The notes: generated by a model not told the origin, from the letters alone. Shown: positions 39,579 to 49,661, counted from the stretch's first letter. The stretch: DNA of 64,000 bases from Halorutilales archaeon Cl-col2-1 (GCA_041891055.1 CP169074.1:832001-896000), one strand, 5' to 3'. Made by a program: numbers and translations.

Positions 39579-39669
39579 CGGCATATGTATACGTCAGGTT
39601 TAATGTTAACCGGAGATAGTATTCTGGTATGAAGAATATAAGAGAACAACTCATCGAGGGTGGTAGTAA

Positions 39670-39996
39670 GTGGCGCTAGTTCCGCCCGTGCTCGGAATAC
39701 GTGTCTGTATGATAATCTCGTCTCTCAACATAGCCCTGCTCACGGGTCTAGCGACAGTATACGGCAGGAATTACAGGCGTATGAAGTCGGCATTCAGCCT
39801 CGGTCTCTTGATCTTCTCTCTCCTATTCGTACTTGAAAACAGCCTCGCAGTCTACTACTACGTCACACAGCAGATAGTGACGTGGAAGCCACACATAGTC
39901 CTAGCCACCTCGGAGTTCGTGGGCTTCTCAGTTCTTGGTCTGATAACCTGGAAGCCAGACCTCTCGTTCAGTCTGAGAGTCCCGAGAATAAGATGA
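39670..39996 (+). CDS. Small 3-TM membrane protein
   Basis: NIALL.GL..VY.RNYR.MKS.FSLGLLIF..EN pattern. Confidence 0.72.
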   Translation: MALVPPVLGIRVCMIISSLNIALLTGLATVYGRNYRRMKSAFSLGLLIFSLLFVLENSLAVYYYVTQQIVTWKPHIVLATSEFVGFSVLGLITWKPDLSFSLRVPRIR

Positions 39997-40071
39997 ATTG
40001 TACATAACCCCGAAACGATCTTGAAAAACCTACTTATGTACTCTGGGTATACGGAGTCGTAGGGGGAAAAC

Positions 40072-40329
40072 ATGGAAAGAGCAAAACAGAAGATAGGAGC
40101 TTTAGTTATTGTAGCTCTCATAATTGGGGGAATAGGTACACAGATATGGGCAGGTACCGACAAGAACGTCGTAAACGCGGGTTTCTCAGAAGGAGAGGAG
40201 AGAAACATACCCACTAACGAGAGCGGTGATTCTTCGTCGGGATCGTCGTCGAGTATAGGTACTGACGCTGACGTACCCGATGGTGCCGTAGTGTCGTCGT
40301 CGAGCGGTGGGGCGTCACCGACAGGTTAG
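40072..40329 (+). CDS. Hypothetical protein (N-terminal TM, Ser-rich tail)
   Basis: 85 aa, preceded by GGGGG; possibly a remnant. Confidence 0.55.
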   Translation: MERAKQKIGALVIVALIIGGIGTQIWAGTDKNVVNAGFSEGEERNIPTNESGDSSSGSSSSIGTDADVPDGAVVSSSSGGASPTG

Positions 40330-40370
40330 GACAACTTAACTCTTATCCGGGCTAAGAGCCTGTATCTCAC

Positions 40371-41033
40371 ATGGAACTCGAACTTCTGGTATTTGCGGCT
40401 ACTGCGGGGACAGCCACCTTCTTCTCGCCGTGTGGCTTCCCGATGCTCGCGGTCTATGCCTCGTACTACCTCCAGGAGGAGGACGAGGGAATAGGCTACT
40501 CCCGCGGCTTTGTAGCCGGAGGAGCGACAGCCGTCGGCTATCTTGGTGTCTTCTTAGCCCTCGGCGGACTCGTCTACGCGGTCGGAAACGCCGTGACACC
40601 ACATATTCCGAAGCTGGAGCTGTTCGTCGGAAGCCTCCTCATGGTCTTCGGTGTTCTGATACTCACAGGAAGATCACCGTCGTTTTCGAGCGAGGTCTAC
40701 ATTCCCGAGAGAGGCGGCTTGACGGGATTCTTCGTCTTTGGTGTCCTCTACGCAGTCGCAGCGTCGGCATGTGTAATACCCGTCTTCGTGAGTCTGATCA
40801 CCTACGCGGCTTCACAGGGCAGTCTCGTCTCGACACTGACCGTCTTCGGTGTCTACGCCGCTTCGATGGGTGCGATGATGATCGTAATCTCACTCGCGAT
40901 AGCCGGTGGAAAGGAGATATTCGTCGACAAGATAAAGTCCCATATAGGACTGATAGAGAAGGGCGCGGGAGTCGTAATGGTAGTCGTAGGAGCCTACCAG
41001 ATAGGCTACTACATCACCAACTTTGTTCTCTGA
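40371..41033 (+). CDS. ccdA: CcdA/DsbD transmembrane thiol-disulfide electron transporter
   Basis: FFSPCGFPML and SACVIP redox cysteines; about 6 TM. Confidence 0.88.
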   Translation: MELELLVFAATAGTATFFSPCGFPMLAVYASYYLQEEDEGIGYSRGFVAGGATAVGYLGVFLALGGLVYAVGNAVTPHIPKLELFVGSLLMVFGVLILTGRSPSFSSEVYIPERGGLTGFFVFGVLYAVAASACVIPVFVSLITYAASQGSLVSTLTVFGVYAASMGAMMIVISLAIAGGKEIFVDKIKSHIGLIEKGAGVVMVVVGAYQIGYYITNFVL

Positions 41034-41081
41034 TTCCTCCAAACCGAGGAATTCATACCGAAACCACGTCAACTTCGTCTG

Positions 41082-42050
41082 ATGCTTGAGTTTGGGACTG
41101 CGGAAGCACGCAGTGGCGAGAAGGACACGGGAAGACTACGAGCCGGAGAGCTACGTGACGGCTCCGACTTCGGGATTCCGGTAGCCGTAGTCAACGGCTC
41201 GGGCAGAGGCAAGACGCTCTACATACAGGCGGGGAGCGACGGAGACGAACTAAACGGTGTCTCCGTTGTACGTGAGATTTACAGAAGGATAGATCCTGAG
41301 GAAGTATCGGGAAACCTACTCATAGTCGGCGTTCTCAACTTCCACGGCTTCCAGAGAGCCGTCCACCGGAATCCTCTCGACGACATCAAGCTCAACAGGG
41401 CTTTCCCGGGGTCGAGGGACTCCAGCAGTCAGCGTCTCGTCAACCTCGTCTACGAGGAGGGGGTCAAGAGATCCGACCTCGCGCTCGACCTCCATCAGGG
41501 ATCGACGAGCCGTATGATCGACGAGGTAAGAGTGAGATGTGGGGAGGATCACTACCTCCACTCCGACTGCATGGATCTCGCACAGACCTTCGGCACCGAG
41601 TACATACTCGACGAGAAGGGAGCAGAGGGACAGCTTGCGAGGGTCGCACCCGACGAGGGTATTCCGACCGTAGACCCAGAGCTTGGAGGTAGCGTAGGTG
41701 TCGACGGGGCGTCGGTCGAGAAGGGCGTGAGAGGAATCTTCAACGTCCTCAAAGGTTATGGATTCATCTCGGGTGAGCCTGCTCTCCCGAGGAAACAGAC
41801 GCGCGCGACGGGCTTCGACACGTTCTACACGAGACGCGGTGGAATGGTCGACCTCGAAGTCGATCTCTACGACGAGGTCGAGAGGGGACAGACCCTCTTC
41901 CAGGTAACAGACGTATTCGGAGATGTCAAACAGACTGTGACAGCCGACAACAGAGGTGTAGTCTGGCGGATGAGACGTCTACCGATGGTGGCGACAGGAG
42001 AGTACGTCATGAGCGTCGCTACGGGGATAGACGAGATCGAAACCCCGTAG
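41082..42050 (+). CDS. Succinylglutamate desuccinylase/aspartoacylase family protein
   Basis: DGDELNG, LNRAFPG, LDLHQG, ELGG. Confidence 0.88.
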   Translation: MLEFGTAEARSGEKDTGRLRAGELRDGSDFGIPVAVVNGSGRGKTLYIQAGSDGDELNGVSVVREIYRRIDPEEVSGNLLIVGVLNFHGFQRAVHRNPLDDIKLNRAFPGSRDSSSQRLVNLVYEEGVKRSDLALDLHQGSTSRMIDEVRVRCGEDHYLHSDCMDLAQTFGTEYILDEKGAEGQLARVAPDEGIPTVDPELGGSVGVDGASVEKGVRGIFNVLKGYGFISGEPALPRKQTRATGFDTFYTRRGGMVDLEVDLYDEVERGQTLFQVTDVFGDVKQTVTADNRGVVWRMRRLPMVATGEYVMSVATGIDEIETP

Positions 42051-42073
42051 TGGGTCGAGACCGTCTTGGGTAT

Positions 42074-42412
42074 ATGTCCGAGAAAGAGAAAGAGACAGAG
42101 ACAGACACAGACATAGAAGCCGACGACCTCCTACCCGCAGAACGTCTCAGACAGTCGGCTCTCGAAGGCGACGTGACACAGATACACAGAGGTGAGAGAC
42201 ACGCCAATGAGGATGACAGATTCGTGATAGACGGCACGACCTTTGAGGTCGTCGAGGTGTACGAGGAGAGACTCGGCGATATGACCGACGAGGACGCACG
42301 TGCCGAGGGGTCGGACAGCTTAGAGGACTACAAGAGACGTGTCGAGAGGGCACACGGTATAGAGTGGGACGACGACAGTACTGCCGTCTTACACAGGTTC
42401 GAGCGCGTCTAG
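42074..42412 (+). CDS. ASCH domain protein
   Basis: G.VTQIHRG, LGDMTDEDARAEG. Confidence 0.82.
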   Translation: MSEKEKETETDTDIEADDLLPAERLRQSALEGDVTQIHRGERHANEDDRFVIDGTTFEVVEVYEERLGDMTDEDARAEGSDSLEDYKRRVERAHGIEWDDDSTAVLHRFERV

Positions 42413-43350
42413 ACCACTCGCGTCTCCCTGTCCTTCTCGGGGTACTCGACCACGACCTCCATCCCGTCGTAAGCCACCTCCGTATGCGAGAAGATTTCAC
42501 GCGCCTGTCTCACGAGGCGCTCGACGCCGTCGGAGTAACGTGAACTCACATGTGTGAGTGCGAGCATCTCGACATCGGCATCCCTCGCCGTCTTGGCTGC
42601 CTCCCTCGCAGTCGAGTGTCCCGTCTCGTAGGCGCGGTCCGACATCTCGTCGTCGAACATCCCGTCGTGTATCAGTAGTGAGGCGTCGCGCGAGGCTTCG
42701 AATATCTCGTCTGTGGTTCTCGTGTCGCCCGTGTAGACGACCTTACGTCCCGGACGTGGTTCCCCGACGACCTGGTCGGGGGTCACAGTAGTTCCGTCGT
42801 CAAGTTCGACACGCTCGCCCTCGTGGAGCTTAGAGAAGAGGGGGCCGGGTGGCACGCCCAGAGCCTCCGCCTTCTGCCTGTCGAACTTACCCTTCCTGTC
42901 GTCCTCCTCTATCGAGTAGCCGACGCTGTTTACGTTCCAGTGCTTCGTACGGAAGACCTCGACCGAGTATCCCCCCATCTCTATGCTGTATCCGTTGCCT
43001 ACCTCGTGTACCCTGACGTCGTAAGCCGGACTGTGTCCCCCCAACTCGACGCAGTCCTCGACGACATTCTCCATCCCCTTCGGGCAGTAGACGTCGACCG
43101 GCTCTTCACGTCCCTGGAAGGTCCAGGTCTGGAAGAGACCCGGGAGGCCGAGTATGTGGTCTCCGTGTATATGTGTCAGGAAGATGGCATCGACACCGAA
43201 GCCCGTGCCGTGTTTCATCATCTGTCTCTGTATTCCCTCGCCGCAGTCGAAGAGGAGACGGTCACCCTCCATCTCGACCATCACACCGCTCGGGTTCCTC
43301 TCGGTAGTCGGGATAGAGCCTCCGGTTCCCAGAAACGTAACGCGTAACAT
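42409..43350 (-). CDS. rnz: Ribonuclease Z
   Basis: FLGTGGSIPT.ERN, DCGEG, THIHGDH, GVPPGP exosite, YTGDT, THVSSRY. Confidence 0.95.
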   Translation of the reverse strand: MLRVTFLGTGGSIPTTERNPSGVMVEMEGDRLLFDCGEGIQRQMMKHGTGFGVDAIFLTHIHGDHILGLPGLFQTWTFQGREEPVDVYCPKGMENVVEDCVELGGHSPAYDVRVHEVGNGYSIEMGGYSVEVFRTKHWNVNSVGYSIEEDDRKGKFDRQKAEALGVPPGPLFSKLHEGERVELDDGTTVTPDQVVGEPRPGRKVVYTGDTRTTDEIFEASRDASLLIHDGMFDDEMSDRAYETGHSTAREAAKTARDADVEMLALTHVSSRYSDGVERLVRQAREIFSHTEVAYDGMEVVVEYPEKDRETRVV

Positions 43351-43351
43351 C

Positions 43352-43609
43352 TTAGACGAGATCCTTGATCTTCGTAGCGGGCTTCGTCGACTTTATGTCG
43401 GTGTCGATCATTCCGACGACTTCGAGGTCTGTGGTTTCGAGGTAGTCCTTGCCCGAGGCTCCCTCGACGACCTCCTTCCGCATACGGAACTCGTGTCCGT
43501 CGTACTCGACGTCGACGCCGTCCCTGTCGAACCTCAGTACTGTTCCCGAGTGGACGACCTCAGACTTATCACTGTTATTATCGGAGTCCTCAGATCCGGA
43601 ATCAGACAT
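43352..43609 (-). CDS. Conserved haloarchaeal hypothetical protein (DUF5800-like)
   Basis: LRFDRDGVDVEYDG.EFR...GKDY..TD.EV. Confidence 0.65.
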   Translation of the reverse strand: MSDSGSEDSDNNSDKSEVVHSGTVLRFDRDGVDVEYDGHEFRMRKEVVEGASGKDYLETTDLEVVGMIDTDIKSTKPATKIKDLV

Positions 43610-43662
43610 ACATAGACGTAGGTCGGTTCACCGAATAAGGCTCACGGATTGGAGTAGATGTG

Positions 43663-45009
43663 TCAGACTCCAGCCTCGTCGTCGAGTTCGAGTGCCTTAT
43701 CGACGGCTTCGTCGGCTGATTCGGCTAAGAGCCTGACCATCGTCTCCTTTCCGACGTCCCCCCTGTCGAGAACCGCGTCGGGAGCCTCATCGCGCCCCTC
43801 CATCACGACCTTCGCGCTCCAGCTCATCGTACTCCCCTCAGTCGACTTTATTCTTTCAGGCTCCTCCGATCTGTCGAACTCGACAGTATCCCAGCCGAGA
43901 CTGTCTACGGCTTTCTCTATCCTGTCGTCGAGACGGAGGTTCGCGGCAGCGTTGACCGACTCGTCGTAGTCACGTACTCCCAAGAGGAAACGCGCGACAT
44001 GGCTTGACGCCCCTAGCCAGGCTCCCGACGTCGCCTTGACACCATCGGAGAGCCGCGAGATACGCCCTTCGACTCCGGCGACCTCATCTACTGAGACGGC
44101 GTACGGAGTCGTGACAGCGAAGTTGGTGCCGACCTCGGGGACAATCCGTGAGATGTCCTCCGACTCGAAGGTCTCGACTGCGTTCCTGACCTTCTCTACG
44201 GCGTCGAACCGCGCCGCCGAGTTACGTAGTCCAGCCAGGTGGTGGACAGAGCCATTACCCTCGCCGACATCTAGACCGTATCTTATCGCTCGGTGAATGA
44301 ACTCCTCTCCCCTCGCAACAGCAGTCTGGAGATCCTCTCCTTTAGCGAGTTCGGCGGTCACAGCCGACGATAGCGCGCAGCCCGTGCCGTGTGTGTTCTC
44401 AGTTTCGAACCTCTCCTTGTAGAACTTGCGTGAGTTGGCGAGACGCAGGACATCGACTATCTCGTCGGAGTCGTCCTCGGAGTGTCCACCCTTGATGAGA
44501 GCCGCGTCAGCTCCGAGGCTTTCGGTGATTATCTTCGCCGCTCTCTCCATCGATTTCTCGTCGTGAACCTCGACGTCGGCGAGTACCTCAGCCTCGGGTA
44601 TGTTGGGTGTAACAAGACTCGCCTCGGGGACGAGTTCATCTCGGAGGAGTTCCTCGGCGTCCTCGTCCAAGAGTCTGTCACCGCTCTGTGCGACCATCAC
44701 GGGATCGACCACAAGAGGAAAATCATGTCCGCGTACCTTCTCGGCGACAGCCTCTATTATCTCGGTGCTTCCGAGCATTCCCGTCTTCGCGGCTCCGATG
44801 TTGAAGTCGGAGACTACGGAGTCTATCTGTGCGACTACCTCGTCAGGTGGGACGGGATGTACCGAGTCGACCCCGAGCGTGTTCTGTGCTGTGATATTGG
44901 TGACAGCCGAAGTTCCGAAGACGCCTCTCGCCTCGAATGTCTTGAGATCCGCCTGTATCCCGGCGCCGCCTCCCGAGTCGGAGCCCGCTACTGTTAAGGC
45001 TACTTCCAT
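43663..45009 (-). CDS. thiD: Bifunctional HMP/HMP-P kinase with C-terminal ThiN domain
   Basis: [22 protein letters not shown]; C-terminal [19 protein letters not shown]. Confidence 0.93.
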   Translation of the reverse strand: MEVALTVAGSDSGGGAGIQADLKTFEARGVFGTSAVTNITAQNTLGVDSVHPVPPDEVVAQIDSVVSDFNIGAAKTGMLGSTEIIEAVAEKVRGHDFPLVVDPVMVAQSGDRLLDEDAEELLRDELVPEASLVTPNIPEAEVLADVEVHDEKSMERAAKIITESLGADAALIKGGHSEDDSDEIVDVLRLANSRKFYKERFETENTHGTGCALSSAVTAELAKGEDLQTAVARGEEFIHRAIRYGLDVGEGNGSVHHLAGLRNSAARFDAVEKVRNAVETFESEDISRIVPEVGTNFAVTTPYAVSVDEVAGVEGRISRLSDGVKATSGAWLGASSHVARFLLGVRDYDESVNAAANLRLDDRIEKAVDSLGWDTVEFDRSEEPERIKSTEGSTMSWSAKVVMEGRDEAPDAVLDRGDVGKETMVRLLAESADEAVDKALELDDEAGV

Positions 45010-45063
45010 GTGGGACGTATAGAGACCGTTCGACTTTTATCTGTCTCTGTCGTCTTGCCATAC

Positions 45064-46341
45064 ATGAAGATTCTCGTGGTCGGCGGCGCGGGCGCGATGG
45101 GGGAGTGGTTCGTAGGGTTCTTCGAGGAGCGTGGCTACGACGTCTACGTGAGCGACCCCGACGCCGACGACTCAGTTCCTCTCAAACGTGTCGACGACTT
45201 CGACATCGTCGTAGTCTCGGTTCCGATAGACTCGACCGTCGAGGTTATCGAGGAGGTCGCTCCGCGTATGTCGGACGGTCTACTGATGGACATCACGAGT
45301 GTCAAGAAGAAGCCCGTCGACGCGATGCGCGAGAACGTCTCCGAGGACGTAGAGGTTCTTGGGACACATCCGATGTACGGTCCAAGCGTGCGGTCTATGA
45401 GGGGCCAGACCGTGATAATCGTTGAGGTACATACGGGAGAGAGAGCCGAGGAGATTGTCTCTCTCTTCGACGACGCAGGGGCTAACATACAGAGAGTCTC
45501 GGCTAAGGAACACGACGAGATGATGAGCGTCGTCCAGGGTCTGACCCATTTCTCCTACATTACAGTAGGAAGGACTCTCGAACGTATTGACTTCGACGTC
45601 GACGAGTCGAGACGTTTCATGTCTCCCGTCTACGAGATAACACTCGACTTCGTGGGACGTATACTCAATCAGAACCCTCATCTCTACGCCGATATACAGG
45701 AGAACCAGCCCGTAGGCGTGGTACACGACGCCTTCGTCGAAACTGCGCGTGAACTCAGAGGTCTCGTAGAGGACGGTGACCATGACGGATTTGTCGACGT
45801 GATGAACGACTCGGCGAGACATTACGGCGACACCAAAAGCGCACTCCGACGATCCGATAAACTCATAGACGCGAAGGTCGAGGAGTACGAGGAGTTACAC
45901 GAGAGCCTGGGCGACGAAAGGGGTCTCCGACACGTCTACTCCGATACTGTCCACGTCGGAGTAGTCGACGAGATCGATGGGCAGACGGTCTATCTCGACG
46001 AGGGCACCGAGGTCGTAGAGTTAAACACGAGTAACGTCGAGCTTCTCTCCGAAGACGAACTCAGAGACTGGAAGCTCGAAAGCCTCGAAAGACACGAGAG
46101 GGACGTAAGCGTCGTATTTAGTCACGGGATCGACACCGAGGTTCTCGAAGACGTACTTGTCTCGTCAGACGACGACGTCGTCGAAGTCGAGACTGTCGAT
46201 ATCTACGACGGCGACGCAGTTCCCGAGGATGCCGTCAGCTACACAGTGCGTCTGGGGATAATAGGTGACGCAGATCCAGGCGAGGTCGTCGGCTCGGTAG
46301 TCGAGACACTCGAAGGACTCGGAGGCGAAATAAGGACATGA
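45064..46341 (+). CDS. tyrA: Prephenate dehydrogenase with C-terminal extension
   Basis: GGAGAMG, DITSVK, HPMYGP, EHDEMMSVVQGLTH. Confidence 0.9.
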   Translation: MKILVVGGAGAMGEWFVGFFEERGYDVYVSDPDADDSVPLKRVDDFDIVVVSVPIDSTVEVIEEVAPRMSDGLLMDITSVKKKPVDAMRENVSEDVEVLGTHPMYGPSVRSMRGQTVIIVEVHTGERAEEIVSLFDDAGANIQRVSAKEHDEMMSVVQGLTHFSYITVGRTLERIDFDVDESRRFMSPVYEITLDFVGRILNQNPHLYADIQENQPVGVVHDAFVETARELRGLVEDGDHDGFVDVMNDSARHYGDTKSALRRSDKLIDAKVEEYEELHESLGDERGLRHVYSDTVHVGVVDEIDGQTVYLDEGTEVVELNTSNVELLSEDELRDWKLESLERHERDVSVVFSHGIDTEVLEDVLVSSDDDVVEVETVDIYDGDAVPEDAVSYTVRLGIIGDADPGEVVGSVVETLEGLGGEIRT

Positions 46342-47693
46342 CTGAACGCGACGAGATACTCGACACGGTGCGTTACACCGCGAAAGCACACGACTTCACG
46401 ACTGAGGAGATAGACAACTACCTCCCCTTCGACGCAGACCCAGACGAAGTTAGGGGAGTGATATCCGACAACGTCTACGACGTCTCAGTGGGCGAGACAG
46501 AGGAGGGGGTCTTCACGAGGGTCGAGGGCGACGAGGTGGAGGTGGACTTCGATCCTGGCATCTCCGACCGTATAGAGTCGAACGTCGGTGGGATACTCGA
46601 AGAAGAGATCAAGTCGGAGAGACAGATTCTGGAGTACATAGACTCACTCAGGGGAAGCTATCCGGGTTCGGGAGTCGAGTACACCGCAGAGGACTGTCTG
46701 GCTTACCTCGTCTACCACTTCCCCGCCTACTACGTCGAGGCGAAACACGTCCTCTCAGACCTGCCTCTCAAGGACAGGATGCGCGTCCTCGATGTAGGCG
46801 CGGGTGTGGGAGCGAACGCACTGGGTCTCCACGACTTACTTCCGTCACAGACCGCGGTCGAGTACACTGCTGTCGAACCCTCGGAAGCCGCCGAGTACCT
46901 CGAACGTCTACTCTCGGAGACTCGGACGACCTTCGGTACGAACGTAGAGAAGGAGACAGCCGGCTCATTCTCTCCCGAAGCCGATGAGAGATACGACCTC
47001 ATACTCTTCTTCAACGTTTTGAACGAGCTAAGTGATCCTGTCGACGTCCTCGAAGAGTACATCGAGTACCTCTCCGAAGACGGAAGCCTCGTCGTAGTCG
47101 ATCCCGCCGACCTAGAGACCTCGGTTCCGCTGCGTGAGATACAGCGCGAGTTCCACCACGACTACACTGTTTACGGCCCGTGTACGTATCTCTGGGACGA
47201 GAAATGCGGAGGCAGATGCTGGAGCTTCGACTCGGTCGGGTTCGAGCCCCCCGACTTCGCGCGTTCGTACGTCGGTGACAGGGACGCCTACGTCCGCGAC
47301 GAGGTCAAGTACTCGCATTTCGTCCTGCGTAAGGACGGCAGAACGCGGCGTTCGTACGACGCCAGAAGGTCGGAGGAGGCTATGATGGACGAGATGTCGG
47401 AAAACGTCGGAAGACGGATACGTGTAACGGCGGCTAAGATGAGCGGCGACCTCAGCGATGACGACAAAGGAACCGAGGTCTACAAGGTCTGTGACGGCTC
47501 GGCAAAGTCGGAGCACTACGCCGTCCTGAGGGACGAGACTGAGTTCAACCGCTATCTCCGAGACGCCGACTACGGCGAGATACTCCGTCTCGAAGACGTC
47601 TTAGTACATTACAATCCCAACGAGTCGGAAGACGTTCCCGAGTCGTACCACCTTGTCGTCGACGACGAGTCAGTCGTCGCAAGACAAGAGTAA
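46338..47693 (+). CDS. Class I SAM methyltransferase (Rsm22-like)
   Basis: AYLVYHFP, VLDVGAGVG, FNVLNEL, GPC..C...CWSF, KYSHFVLRK. Confidence 0.8.
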   Translation: MTERDEILDTVRYTAKAHDFTTEEIDNYLPFDADPDEVRGVISDNVYDVSVGETEEGVFTRVEGDEVEVDFDPGISDRIESNVGGILEEEIKSERQILEYIDSLRGSYPGSGVEYTAEDCLAYLVYHFPAYYVEAKHVLSDLPLKDRMRVLDVGAGVGANALGLHDLLPSQTAVEYTAVEPSEAAEYLERLLSETRTTFGTNVEKETAGSFSPEADERYDLILFFNVLNELSDPVDVLEEYIEYLSEDGSLVVVDPADLETSVPLREIQREFHHDYTVYGPCTYLWDEKCGGRCWSFDSVGFEPPDFARSYVGDRDAYVRDEVKYSHFVLRKDGRTRRSYDARRSEEAMMDEMSENVGRRIRVTAAKMSGDLSDDDKGTEVYKVCDGSAKSEHYAVLRDETEFNRYLRDADYGEILRLEDVLVHYNPNESEDVPESYHLVVDDESVVARQE

Positions 47694-47726
47694 AGATATT
47701 TGATACGTAACTGTGTATATCCGACA

Positions 47727-48392
47727 ATGTCAGACAGTGACAGTGACCCGCCTTCGACGCGCGACGAACTCGAAGAGCTGGGTTTCTACGACAACGAGTT
47801 CACCGAGTTCCCTCCCGAGCTCAGCGGAATAAAGAGGTTCAAGGTCGAAGGGAAGACAGAGCCCTTGGTCGAGTCGCTCGACATCTTCGAAGCCAACTTC
47901 CTCAGGAAGGAGGTCATAGAAGCACTCGGAAGAATAGGTGACGACAACGCCGTTGACCGTCTCCTCGACGAGGTAGACGACGCCGACACACGTATAGATG
48001 CGATAGAAGCACTTGCACGGATAGGCTCGCCGAAGGCGTCCGAGAAGCTCGAAGATACTCTTGACCCCGAGGCTAACATCCCCGACAACGTACGTGCGAA
48101 GGCGGCGGACGCCCTCGGCAAGATAGGGGACTCGGGATCGACAGACGCAGTCGTCGGAGCCCTCGAAATGGAGTCGGTACGAGTCAGAGAGTCGGCAGCG
48201 GAGGCTCTCGGAAGTATAGGAGACGAGGACGCCGTCGAGGATCTGGGTAGCCTCCTCGAAGAAGAGACACACGAGTCAGTACGCGTGAGCGCGGCGAAGT
48301 CTCTCGCAGAGATAGGCGGTGAGAGGGCGCGCGGGATACTCGAAGACTACTCCGACGACACGAACGAGCTAGTGGCTAAAGCGGCGTCTTGA
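47727..48392 (+). CDS. HEAT/PBS-lyase repeat protein
   Basis: Repeated VR..AA.ALG.IGD. Confidence 0.88.
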   Translation: MSDSDSDPPSTRDELEELGFYDNEFTEFPPELSGIKRFKVEGKTEPLVESLDIFEANFLRKEVIEALGRIGDDNAVDRLLDEVDDADTRIDAIEALARIGSPKASEKLEDTLDPEANIPDNVRAKAADALGKIGDSGSTDAVVGALEMESVRVRESAAEALGSIGDEDAVEDLGSLLEEETHESVRVSAAKSLAEIGGERARGILEDYSDDTNELVAKAAS

Positions 48393-48471
48393 CCTCGGCT
48401 AGAATTTACACACAAATTTAGGCACGAAGGGAAAGATATATTTCTATTTAGTGGTACAGACCTAGTAGATC

Positions 48472-48960
48472 ATGGACAGAAGAGACTTCCTGAAGGCTGC
48501 GGGAGCGACATCGATAGCTGGACTCGCCGGCTGTACAGGCGGCGGGGGCGGAGGAAACGGCGGAGATACCGGCGGTGACGGTGGAGGCGACACCGGCGGA
48601 AACGGCGGAGACTCAGGTGGAGACAGCGGAGGAGACTCGGGTGGAGACTCCGGCGGAAACGGCGGAGGCGGAACCACGGGACTCCCCGAAGGTGTCTCTC
48701 AGGAACAGTTCGACACTGGTCCCGTCCCCGACGCCTACTCGACCGCAACCTCACAGGGTGGTACCGCCAGAAACCCCGACGTCCTCCAGGCAAAGAGTGG
48801 CGTCAGCTACCAGTCAGAGCCGAGTTCGGGTGACCAGTGTGATGGCTGTGTCCAGTACGTACCCGACCAGAACGACGACGGCTACGGCGCATGTGCTCTC
48901 GTAGAGGGCTACATCCATCCCCAGGGATGGTGCTCGCTCTACGCTGCGTACCAGGGCTAG
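48472..48960 (+). CDS. Tat lipoprotein with HiPIP-like iron-sulfur domain
   Basis: DRRDFL..LAGC; YQ..P..CDGC...GAC..V.G.I.PQGWC. Confidence 0.85.
   Translation: MDRRDFLKAAGATSIAGLAGCTGGGGGGNGGDTGGDGGGDTGGNGGDSGGDSGGDSGGDSGGNGGGGTTGLPEGVSQEQFDTGPVPDAYSTATSQGGTARNPDVLQAKSGVSYQSEPSSGDQCDGCVQYVPDQNDDGYGACALVEGYIHPQGWCSLYAAYQG
48538..48672 (+). repeat. Gly-rich GGDS/GGDT/GGNG coding tandem repeat (linker)
   Basis: Roughly 12-bp period GGCGGAGAC.. units. Confidence 0.8.
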
Positions 48961-48998
48961 AAGAGTAGAGTAGTACAGAATCCTTTTCCGACCAACTA

Positions 48999-49661
48999 CT
49001 ACCTGTTCTGTGTCTCCTTGAGGTACTCCTCTAGGAGTCCGGGGAACTCACGTCCTCTCATGTAACGCAGACCGAAGTCGCTCGCCCATCTTATTATACC
49101 CTCGTCCTCTGTCACGACTCCGGCGTCGAGTTCACGTGCGAGTATGAGGAGGTCGAAGTCCTCGCGTGAGTCGAGGACTCCCTGGCGGAGCGTGTCGCGG
49201 TACTTGTCTCTGAGGTCTGAGACAACCTTGTCGACCTCGGTCATGTAGTCGTGTTCGTCGACAGTCTCCGCCTTCGACTTCTCTGCTTTCCTGACAGCCT
49301 CCTCCGAGACACGGAGACCACGGTTGACGCGGTCGCTCATCTCGTCTATGAAGCCATAGACTATCTCGGCGGGAATCATGACCTCGAACCTCGCGGGGTT
49401 CTTCTTTATTATCCAAGTGTTGAGTCGTGAGTAAGTTTCGTCTGAGATATCCCTGTCACGTAACATACCGTCGAGTTCATCGTAGATCGAGGGCGGGAAG
49501 TAACACGATATGTTGAGCTTGAGCTTCGCATCTGCTATGAGGTCAAGAAGACGCGTGAGTGCGTCCTCTAAGCTTTCGCCCTCCCTGCGTATCTCGTCGG
49601 TCATGAAAGCCGACGTATCGACGACGAACCTCTGTTTGAGAGGATGTTCGGGTCTCGACAT
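48999..49661 (-). CDS. RNA-free RNase P (HARP; PIN-like UPF0278)
   Basis: [37 protein letters not shown]. Confidence 0.88.
   Translation of the reverse strand: MSRPEHPLKQRFVVDTSAFMTDEIRREGESLEDALTRLLDLIADAKLKLNISCYFPPSIYDELDGMLRDRDISDETYSRLNTWIIKKNPARFEVMIPAEIVYGFIDEMSDRVNRGLRVSEEAVRKAEKSKAETVDEHDYMTEVDKVVSDLRDKYRDTLRQGVLDSREDFDLLILARELDAGVVTEDEGIIRWASDFGLRYMRGREFPGLLEEYLKETQNR

Noticed and set aside
41082-42050. DGDE in place of the HGDE zinc motif
   Set aside because: As I recall, this variant is common in haloarchaeal members of the family, so not evidence of novelty.
42074-49661. ASCH, RNase Z and HARP as a tRNA-processing island
   Set aside because: Different strands and interspersed with unrelated metabolic genes; each is a known family.
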